Below, in pieces: positions 49,469 to 56,780 of a stretch of 64,000 nt of DNA. The number at the start of each line of letters is the position of its first letter. Positions within the stretch are counted from its first letter, which is position 1. Source of the stretch: an uncultured virus (IMG/VR IMGVR_UViG_3300030098_003452) (Duplodnaviria; Heunggongvirae; Uroviricota; Caudoviricetes; Crassvirales); IMG/VR virus record IMGVR_UViG_3300030098_003452, positions 1-64,000 of that record; one strand, written 5' to 3'. A program made the position numbers and the translations under genes. A model generated the notes under the pieces. That model did no database searches. It worked only from the letters and a program-made list of their open reading frames with translations, and was not told the origin of the DNA.

Positions 49469-50005
49469 ATGGCATTTAAGATGAGGGGCTTTCCCCAACA
49501 CCAAACAAAATCAACATTAAAGCAATATACAAATACGTCTTCCGCTTTTAAACAGGGGGTACAACAACCTCTGGGTGGAACTGATATGGATACTATACCT
49601 CAAAATCCAACAATGTTCAAATATCAAAATCCAGATGGTAGTATATCATGGCTTACTAAAGAACAGATAAAAGAAAGAGAACAAGAAAGAAAAAATAGAC
49701 AAGCAGTAAGTTCAAAAGAAGAAAGAACAGGTGATCCAAGTAAAGACAAATCAGCGACATATGCAGCAACCACAAAAGATATTGTAAACGAGGCTAGAAG
49801 AAATTTAGAAAAAGGTAAATCGGTTTCTCAAACAAGAGGAGTAGGAAATAAAGCAGGAAGAGGACTTAAAAATGTTTTGAAATTTGGAGCAAAAAGACTA
49901 CCTTGGGTTGGTGCTGGGCTCACGGTTAAGGATGTAATGGAAGGTAAAAGCCTTGGAAACGCCTTATTAGATAATTTCCTTTTTGGAGATCTGTGGAGAA
50001 AGTAA
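49469..50005 (+). CDS. MAFKMKG-leader family protein
   Basis: MAFKMRGFPQHQTKSTLKQYTNTSSAFKQ. Confidence 0.8.
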   Translation: MAFKMRGFPQHQTKSTLKQYTNTSSAFKQGVQQPLGGTDMDTIPQNPTMFKYQNPDGSISWLTKEQIKEREQERKNRQAVSSKEERTGDPSKDKSATYAATTKDIVNEARRNLEKGKSVSQTRGVGNKAGRGLKNVLKFGAKRLPWVGAGLTVKDVMEGKSLGNALLDNFLFGDLWRK

Positions 50006-50012
50006 ATAAAAT

Positions 50013-50474
50013 ATGAAAAAAATTAGTAAGCATATTAGCTGGCACGAGGCTACATACAGTAGAACAGGTGAAAGAAAAAATTTAGATAACACTCCTAACG
50101 AAGAGCAACTAAAATGTATGAGAGAGGTTGCTGAAAATTTATTTGAACCACTAAGAGAATGGGTTGGTGGACCAATAAAAATAAATAGTTTTTTTAGAGG
50201 TGAACCAGTCAACACGGCTATAGGTGGAAGTAAAAGATCTCAACATATGAAAGGCCAAGCTATAGATATAGACGATACGTTTAAATATAAAACGAATGCA
50301 GAAATGTATCGTTATATAAAAGACAATTTAGACTTTGATCAAATGATTTGGGAGTTTGGTGACGATAAGAATCCTAACTGGTTACACATTAGCTGGGTAT
50401 CACATAGACCTAATAGAAAAAAATTAACCATTGCTAAAAAAGTAAATGGTAAAACTAAGTATATACATAAATAA
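50013..50474 (+). CDS. peptidase M15A-family endolysin
   Basis: INSFFR...N.AIGG...SQHMKGQAIDI and WLHIS zinc-binding motifs. Confidence 0.9.
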   Translation: MKKISKHISWHEATYSRTGERKNLDNTPNEEQLKCMREVAENLFEPLREWVGGPIKINSFFRGEPVNTAIGGSKRSQHMKGQAIDIDDTFKYKTNAEMYRYIKDNLDFDQMIWEFGDDKNPNWLHISWVSHRPNRKKLTIAKKVNGKTKYIHK

Positions 50475-50501
50475 ACAATTAATTAATTAAAAAAGAAAAT
50501 T

Positions 50502-50918
50502 ATGGCAACAACGACAGCGACTTTAACGCTAACAAGTACTGACCTGCTGACAGATTCATTATCGCTGTCGGCTACACAAACGTTGTACAAGGCAGGTACA
50601 ACAACAGGATTGGATAGTATCCAATACGAAAGATTAGAAGTTCCAACTGGTGACGTTTATGATTTATTAGACGCTACTTCCGCAGGGGCAAATAAAGCTA
50701 ACAAAGTTTATATAGCAAATAAACATACTGATGCTACAAAATACGTTGACATTTATATAGCGTCTTTATGTATTGGTAGATTATATGCTGGTGATTGGGC
50801 TTTCTTTCCTTTAGAGGCGGCTGCAGCTACACAAGACGTAGGTATAGAAGCTATTTCAGCTGCTCAAGTAGTTGAATTCGCTTTAATTCACGAAGGGAAA
50901 ACACTAGTAGCATCATAG
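50502..50918 (+). CDS. putative virion structural protein, paralog A
   Basis: MATTTA.LTLTSTD...KVYI.N...IGRLY.GDW..P shared with the next gene. Confidence 0.65.
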   Translation: MATTTATLTLTSTDLLTDSLSLSATQTLYKAGTTTGLDSIQYERLEVPTGDVYDLLDATSAGANKANKVYIANKHTDATKYVDIYIASLCIGRLYAGDWAFFPLEAAAATQDVGIEAISAAQVVEFALIHEGKTLVAS

Positions 50919-50942
50919 TATTAATATAAAAAATAAATAAAA

Positions 50943-51362
50943 ATGGCGACAACAACAGCACAAATAACATTAACTAGTACAGACATAGCTGATAACGCAT
51001 TATCTATTTCTAATACGATGACGCTTACTACAGCAGGAACTGAAACTGGTATTACAGAAACAACTGGATTAGCTAGAAAGAAAATAGCTAGCAATTCTTT
51101 AGCAGATTTAATTACAGTGGCAAACACTGACGTTACAGCTGCTAAATCAGCTAAAGTATACATCAAAAACACTAGTACCGCTACAGACAAGTATGGCTTA
51201 GTAGGTATTGGAGATTCAAGTGGAACACCAATTTATATAGGTAGACTATATGGGGGTGATTGGATGTTAATTCCATGGGACGCAAACTCTGGAGAAGACA
51301 TTACAATGACTATGAGTGATTCTACTGAAACAATTATTGAGTATATGGTATTCTTTGAATAA
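50943..51362 (+). CDS. putative virion structural protein, paralog B
   Basis: Full-length paralog of 50502-50918. Confidence 0.65.
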   Translation: MATTTAQITLTSTDIADNALSISNTMTLTTAGTETGITETTGLARKKIASNSLADLITVANTDVTAAKSAKVYIKNTSTATDKYGLVGIGDSSGTPIYIGRLYGGDWMLIPWDANSGEDITMTMSDSTETIIEYMVFFE

Positions 51363-51380
51363 GAATATTTAACACAAAAT

Positions 51381-51414
51381 AAAAGGGATAACCATAATTG
51401 GCTATCCCTTTTTT
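51381..51414. terminator. bidirectional terminator at the convergence of the two arms
   Basis: AAAAGGGATAACCA-taat-TGGCTATCCCTTTTTT. Confidence 0.85.
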
Positions 51415-51430
51415 ATTTAATTAACTATTG

Positions 51431-51631
51431 TTAAACTAAAACAGAATTTTTCTGTTTTTGAATTTCAACTCTAATTTCCTGGGCTAAAGATTTTATAACT
51501 TGCATAGACTTTCTAACTCTTGTCCCCGCTGAGTTGTTACCTTCCACGAATTTTTCAGTATCTGGTACAGCTCTTTCAAATTCCTCACCCATTTTTTGAT
51601 ATAATTTAATTATATTATTTTCCATATTCAT
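51431..51631 (-). CDS. Hc1/histone H1-like small protein (Bacteroidetes type)
   Basis: EKFVEGNNSAGTRVRKSMQ..K.LAQEIR signature. Confidence 0.75.
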   Translation of the reverse strand: MNMENNIIKLYQKMGEEFERAVPDTEKFVEGNNSAGTRVRKSMQVIKSLAQEIRVEIQKQKNSVLV

Positions 51632-51634
51632 ATT

Positions 51635-51778
51635 TTATTCTTTAATTGTTTCTTCTACTTTTGGTTCGTCAGTTGTAACTTCTTCTACGTCCCGAGATTG
51701 CCACCAAGCTAATGCAGCGCCAATAATAAAAAGCACAATAATAACTATTTTTTTATTTTCTTTTAATTTTTCTAACAT
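51635..51778 (-). CDS. small single-pass membrane protein (47 aa, not in ORF track)
   Basis: Manual translation MLEKLKENKKIVIIVLFIIGAALAWWQSRDVEEVTTDEPKVEETIKE. Confidence 0.6.
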   Translation of the reverse strand: MLEKLKENKKIVIIVLFIIGAALAWWQSRDVEEVTTDEPKVEETIKE

Positions 51779-51804
51779 TCTAAAATTTTTCGTTAAACAT
51801 TAAT

Positions 51805-52203
51805 TTAAAATTTATAAGATAAACCTATCTTAAATTTGCCTTCAGAATCTTCTTCCATAGACATCATGTAACTTGGCTCGACATATAACTCGTTCCAAAC
51901 TTTTAAAGAATAACCAACACCAAACATCATGTTATCGGCTATTTCTTCCATAGGCATTTGTACGATTGCGTAGCATCCACTAAAATAGTATCTACCCCAC
52001 ATATCATATTCTTCGCCACTTTTTACAATACCAACAGTCATTTTATCATTAAACATATAACCAACTCCCATGTTATCTGTTATACTCGACATTTCCCATT
52101 TAGCATCTTCTTCTGGTTGATCTATAGTTGTTACAACCATAAATTGAGCAGAAGCAAACATTGTAGCGAAAGCTAATGCCATTGTTAAAAACATTTTTTT
52201 CAT
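51805..52203 (-). CDS. small outer-membrane beta-barrel protein
   Basis: Signal peptide ending ASA-Q; alternating strands; C-terminal FKIGLSYKF beta signal. Confidence 0.75.
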   Translation of the reverse strand: MKKMFLTMALAFATMFASAQFMVVTTIDQPEEDAKWEMSSITDNMGVGYMFNDKMTVGIVKSGEEYDMWGRYYFSGCYAIVQMPMEEIADNMMFGVGYSLKVWNELYVEPSYMMSMEEDSEGKFKIGLSYKF

Positions 52204-52224
52204 AATTTTTGTTTTAATTAATAA

Positions 52225-54087
52225 TTAAGTTACTTCACAACTTCCACCCGCGCAAGCTAATTCACCAGATAAATCAGTATTATCCTCTGTTTCTATTATT
52301 TTTGATAAATCAACTTCTTGCAAAGTTTTAGTCATTTCTTCATATTTCCGTTTTATTATGTCCTCGAAAGGAGCCTGTACATAAGTACCACCATCATACG
52401 GTAAAACGGATAAACCGTTATAATGATCTCTGTTTTCCCACATCCATTCACCAGCTTTTTCCCAATCATTATCTTTTAAAGATATTGTAGCAGAAACATT
52501 ATGAGTATTAGATCCAACTCTGTGACCTTCTTTAACCCATTCTTTAGCTACTTTTTTAACTCTTTCTAAAAGATCAAAAGCAGATTCTGTTCTAACTATA
52601 GAACCTTTTGGTGAAGCTTGTGGGATACTAATAATTGCAGTGTCGTGTGGTCTAAAGAAATCATCTTCTAACAATTCTGGATGATGAATAGTAAGATAAC
52701 TATAAATTGCTTCATTTTTACCCACACGTATTCTACGTATATAGTATTTATTGTGCCAAGCATGTATACCCGATGAAGTGCCTAAAACTAGAGATGTTGT
52801 TCCTGCTGGTTTTACAGTTGTACATCTAGCAGCTTTATTAATACCTATAGATTTAGACACGGTTGCATTAGTAATTTTAACATGCTTAGCAGCTTCTTCC
52901 ATATTTAATTCAAGAACTTTACCAGAGGCTATTCCTGTCATTGACACTCCTATAAGAGCATCTTTTTCAGTGGTCTCTTGCCAAATTTCTCTTAAATAAT
53001 GAAAGTCAGTGTAACCAGCTTGTAATGTTCCTATAAAAGCAGCCGCAGTCACTCTATTGTTTAATTCATCTTGAGTTTCTACGTCTGAAACATTTACTTC
53101 ACATAGGTTACAAAATTGAAACGGACGTAATGCTATTTCACAACAGGGATTAGTCCCCCAATCTTTATCGTTATTTAAATATATTCCTGGCTCACCAGAT
53201 CCAGATAATTCTATACGTTTCCATAGATCCATAAAAAAATCTTTAGTGACTTTATGTCTCATTAAAACCGCTGAATTATTTGCTCTACCTCTTTGTGGGT
53301 TTGTTTCCCACCAAGAGCCAGATTTACAAGATATCATTTCTTCATCATACGCGGAAAATAATGATATAAGAGCTGCCCTACGTATACCTCCAGCGAGGAC
53401 GGCATCTGCAATATGGCAGATAATATCATGCACTTCAACGCTCGATAAAATTGTTCCATCTTCTTTACTTTCTAATATTCCTTTAATTTTTACAATACAC
53501 TCTTTTAATGGTTGTGGTCCAGGTGCTTTTCCCCCAGAGGTCACGAGACGTGCTCCCTTAGGCCTAATATCAGAATAATCAAATTTTATCTTAGATGATC
53601 TCTTAGAGCCCAAATAAGACTTGATTAAAACTTTTATTGCATCTGACCAACCTTCTATTGAATCTCCTATTACGAACCTTCTTGTTCTTTTGCTATGAGG
53701 CTTTATAACTTCAGGTAGCTTTTTAATATTATGTTGTTGTACAGAATATCCAACTCCACATCCTGATAGTAATAAAAACATTACTTCAGAAAAAGCATCA
53801 ATATGGTCAATAGGTAAAAAAGCGCAGTTATAAAGTCTATTAGGTGAAATTTCAATTGGTTTACCTCCGAATTGTAAACTTCTCATAGATGGTAAAACTT
53901 TTTTCTTATAAACATATCTATAGAATGTTTCTATATCATCTATTAATTCAGGGTATCTACGCTTGTGCATTTCTTTATTACGAGTAACTAATTCTTCCCA
54001 ACTTTCTCTTCTTTGAAGTTCTGGGATATATTTAGCATACTTCATATGCACTGTTATATCAGATAGTATTTTATTATTTAAACTCAT
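52225..54087 (-). CDS. nrdJ: class II (adenosylcobalamin-dependent) ribonucleotide reductase
   Basis: LPSMRSLQFGG, YNCAF, TNPCCEI, TVKPAGT, C-terminal CAGGSC; no small subunit adjacent; start revised to MSLNNK. Confidence 0.9.
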   Translation of the reverse strand: MSLNNKILSDITVHMKYAKYIPELQRRESWEELVTRNKEMHKRRYPELIDDIETFYRYVYKKKVLPSMRSLQFGGKPIEISPNRLYNCAFLPIDHIDAFSEVMFLLLSGCGVGYSVQQHNIKKLPEVIKPHSKRTRRFVIGDSIEGWSDAIKVLIKSYLGSKRSSKIKFDYSDIRPKGARLVTSGGKAPGPQPLKECIVKIKGILESKEDGTILSSVEVHDIICHIADAVLAGGIRRAALISLFSAYDEEMISCKSGSWWETNPQRGRANNSAVLMRHKVTKDFFMDLWKRIELSGSGEPGIYLNNDKDWGTNPCCEIALRPFQFCNLCEVNVSDVETQDELNNRVTAAAFIGTLQAGYTDFHYLREIWQETTEKDALIGVSMTGIASGKVLELNMEEAAKHVKITNATVSKSIGINKAARCTTVKPAGTTSLVLGTSSGIHAWHNKYYIRRIRVGKNEAIYSYLTIHHPELLEDDFFRPHDTAIISIPQASPKGSIVRTESAFDLLERVKKVAKEWVKEGHRVGSNTHNVSATISLKDNDWEKAGEWMWENRDHYNGLSVLPYDGGTYVQAPFEDIIKRKYEEMTKTLQEVDLSKIIETEDNTDLSGELACAGGSCEVT

Positions 54088-54092
54088 ATATT

Positions 54093-54224
54093 CTATTTTA
54101 AGGTTATACAAAAATCTACAAACGGTAAATAGATTACATGGTTTCTTTTATTAACCTCTGTGTAAGTTCTAAATCCGAATAGTATCCCCGGGTAGAACCC
54201 TACACTGAATTCCCAATCTTTCAT
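54093..54224 (-). CDS. small hypothetical protein (43 aa, not in ORF track)
   Basis: Manual translation MKDWEFSVGFYPGILFGFRTYTEVNKRNHVIYLPFVDFCITLK. Confidence 0.55.
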   Translation of the reverse strand: MKDWEFSVGFYPGILFGFRTYTEVNKRNHVIYLPFVDFCITLK

Positions 54225-54225
54225 A

Positions 54226-54672
54226 TTATTTAATTTTATTAGTTATTAATTCAATTACTTGATCGCATTCTTTTTGGTTCTGAGGCTTATATAGAGTCAC
54301 ATGTTTTAAATGTTCTTTTACATATTTTTTAAACATTTTCCAACGAATTGGAAAACTTTCATTTGCTCTACCTTTACATTCTATTATAAATGAATCACTT
54401 ACAAAATCAGGTGTATATTTAATATTTTGTATCTTTTTTTGTCCTCTATTAACCATATCACCCTTTCCATTAGACTGCCGCTCGTAAGAATCTATATTGA
54501 ACATAAAGTCTTCTTGTAGTACAAATGTAGCCCCTTCATATAAAGCTTTTATTTTAGCTTTCTTTAAAGCTATATACATATATTTCTCTAAACCTGATGC
54601 GAACTGAATCCCATCAAAAGTAACTTTTTTACTTCTGACAGGACCTTTTTTTCTTTTATATTTCTTCTTCAT
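54226..54672 (-). CDS. PD-(D/E)XK endonuclease (T7 endonuclease I / resolvase-like)
   Basis: FASGLE...YTPDF...IIECKG. Confidence 0.8.
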   Translation of the reverse strand: MKKKYKRKKGPVRSKKVTFDGIQFASGLEKYMYIALKKAKIKALYEGATFVLQEDFMFNIDSYERQSNGKGDMVNRGQKKIQNIKYTPDFVSDSFIIECKGRANESFPIRWKMFKKYVKEHLKHVTLYKPQNQKECDQVIELITNKIK

Positions 54673-54967
54673 CACGTTGAAATTTTTCAATCATAGCTTC
54701 TTCAGATAAATCGTGAAGCTCTTCACGTGCTGCTTGTATATATAAAATTGCATCCATTAATTCCTCTTGAATATCATTAAGATATTTTTGAAGACCTTTC
54801 ATTTTAAGCCTACGCTCATCGTCTAATGTTGATTCGTATTTAGCATATCCAACATCAGAACGTTTTACAAATTTGTCACAAACGTGTCTAACTACTGGGT
54901 CTCTGAATGCATATTCCTTTCTTGATTCGATACCATTTTTGGCATCATGTATTTCTCTACTTGACAT
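54656..54967 (-). CDS. conserved phage protein, possible all-alpha NTP pyrophosphatase
   Basis: RSDVGYAKY...QEELMDAILY acidic helix motif. Confidence 0.5.
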   Translation of the reverse strand: MSSREIHDAKNGIESRKEYAFRDPVVRHVCDKFVKRSDVGYAKYESTLDDERRLKMKGLQKYLNDIQEELMDAILYIQAAREELHDLSEEAMIEKFQRDEEEI

Positions 54968-54969
54968 AA

Positions 54970-55839
54970 TTAATCTTTTTTAAATGTTCCGTTATCCATT
55001 TTACCTGTTCTATTTTTAATCTCATCGTAAGCTGCATCAATACATTTTTCTATTGGGTAACCAACTAACTCAGCTAAATTTGTTAATACAACTATGCAAT
55101 CACCAATACCATCAATGATTTGTTCTCTATCATCTTTTAATACAGCCCTACATATTTCACCAGCCTCTTCCATTAGTTTAAGTGTTTGAGTTTTAGGATC
55201 ACCTTTATCATACAAACCTCTTGATCTAGCCCATTCTCTAATTAAATCAAAACGATCATTACATTCTGGCTTACACTTCTTTTGTCTAATACCTGTTGGT
55301 GATAAAGCGCCTGTTAAAGTTCCATTACGTTTTTGCTCAACTTCATTCATTTGTTTAGCATTATCAAACATGTTACTATAAGCATTGTTATTATCAAAAT
55401 ATCTAGCAAAAGCTTTGTTGTATATATAACACCTATCTTGAGTATATTGAGATGTTTTAACGTTATCCATTATCCATTCAATAGATTTATCTGTTATAAC
55501 ACAATTTCCATGCTCTGTTTCCCAAGACATTCCTTTGTTATCCATAAGTTGTCCTTTTAGTTTGTTGACTGGACAAGGAAACGTTGTCGTCATTTCTGTT
55601 ATATTTATATTCATATTATTATTATTAAATTTAAGTTTATTATAAGGTATTTCATCAACTCTATAACCATAAGCTTCCTGTAGTTTTAATTCAAGTCTTG
55701 ATATTAAATCAATATCATCTGTTTGAGTTAATACTCCATACTCACCTGGTTCATAACCCTGTTGACGTTCAACTCTTTCTTTTAAATCGCGAGTTACCCC
55801 GATTTTCTTTCCTGGTATGTGGTATAAGTAATATGTCAT
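54970..55839 (-). CDS. mazG: MazG-like NTP pyrophosphohydrolase with N-terminal extension
   Basis: C-terminal KLMEEAGE...IDGIGD...AYDEIKNRTG; N-terminal YLYH..KIGVT..L.ER (GIY-YIG-like). Confidence 0.8.
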   Translation of the reverse strand: MTYYLYHIPGKKIGVTRDLKERVERQQGYEPGEYGVLTQTDDIDLISRLELKLQEAYGYRVDEIPYNKLKFNNNNMNINITEMTTTFPCPVNKLKGQLMDNKGMSWETEHGNCVITDKSIEWIMDNVKTSQYTQDRCYIYNKAFARYFDNNNAYSNMFDNAKQMNEVEQKRNGTLTGALSPTGIRQKKCKPECNDRFDLIREWARSRGLYDKGDPKTQTLKLMEEAGEICRAVLKDDREQIIDGIGDCIVVLTNLAELVGYPIEKCIDAAYDEIKNRTGKMDNGTFKKD

Positions 55840-56492
55840 AATCCTAATTTATCTGAATAAATATGTAAGTTATGTGCAAAGTGAAAATATGTACCCATAT
55901 CTAACTTTGTTTCTTTGCATACTAACTCTTGTAATTTAGAAAAACAATACTGATCGTTACAAAAACCATACCACAAATCATTACTTCTCATTGTCACACA
56001 CATATTTAATCTATTCTCTACATTTGTGAATTGAACAGCGTAAGTACATGGTGTATCCGTAGCAAATTGATCATGTTCTTTACCGTCGTATATTGATATT
56101 GCGGCGTGTCTAGTATGTTTGTGTTTCTTAAGTTTATCAATAACATAATCTAATTGATTGTTACGTTTCCATTGATAACCATAATTAGAGTTAACATTAC
56201 CTTTTTCATCTGCCATGCGTTTCCATATTTCAGGAATTTTACCATATATATAGCCTAACTTAGATATGCTTTTATCACCAGATAAATACCATTCCCACTC
56301 AGCTTCAGCGTACGCGTGGCTCCACTTACGTTTACTATCTATAATAGTATTAAACTTTGGTTTATGTAATGTAAACCCTATATTAAATAAAGCTCTTGTA
56401 TCAGCAAATTTTCTACCGTGTTTACTTATTCGTTTATAAAAGTATTCAAATGCTTCATTAGCATTATAAAATTCAGTCTCTATATTTTTCAT
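55836..56492 (-). CDS. thymidylate synthase superfamily enzyme (dCMP hydroxymethylase/methylase-like)
   Basis: DTPCT catalytic Cys, MRSNDLWYGFCND, HNLHIY. Confidence 0.85.
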   Translation of the reverse strand: MKNIETEFYNANEAFEYFYKRISKHGRKFADTRALFNIGFTLHKPKFNTIIDSKRKWSHAYAEAEWEWYLSGDKSISKLGYIYGKIPEIWKRMADEKGNVNSNYGYQWKRNNQLDYVIDKLKKHKHTRHAAISIYDGKEHDQFATDTPCTYAVQFTNVENRLNMCVTMRSNDLWYGFCNDQYCFSKLQELVCKETKLDMGTYFHFAHNLHIYSDKLGL

Positions 56493-56745
56493 AATAGTAT
56501 TTATAATATTTAATTACATTATCATGTACATCTTCATCACTATATCTATTAGGATCGGTATGTACTTTACCGTTACCAATTTTTATATCTATTTGCCAAT
56601 AATGTAAATTATGTTTAAAGTCAGGACTAATACCTATTTTAATTCCTTTACTTATAACAAATCCAATCATTTTCATTTCTTCAGTACTCCATGATCTTTT
56701 TGGATTACTTTTTCTTGGTGATTTATCCCATCTTTTCCAAGCCAT
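56473..56745 (-). CDS. hypothetical protein
   Basis: 90-aa ORF directly downstream of promoter-motif copy 3. Confidence 0.65.
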   Translation of the reverse strand: MAWKRWDKSPRKSNPKRSWSTEEMKMIGFVISKGIKIGISPDFKHNLHYWQIDIKIGNGKVHTDPNRYSDEDVHDNVIKYYKYYYEKYRD

Positions 56746-56748
56746 TAT

Positions 56749-56780
56749 TATTATCTTATTTTATTTGTATTTAATTTGTA
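56749..56780 (-). promoter_or_regulatory. putative phage promoter, copy 3
   Basis: tattatc-N10-tgtatttaatttgta fills the intergenic gap. Confidence 0.65.
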
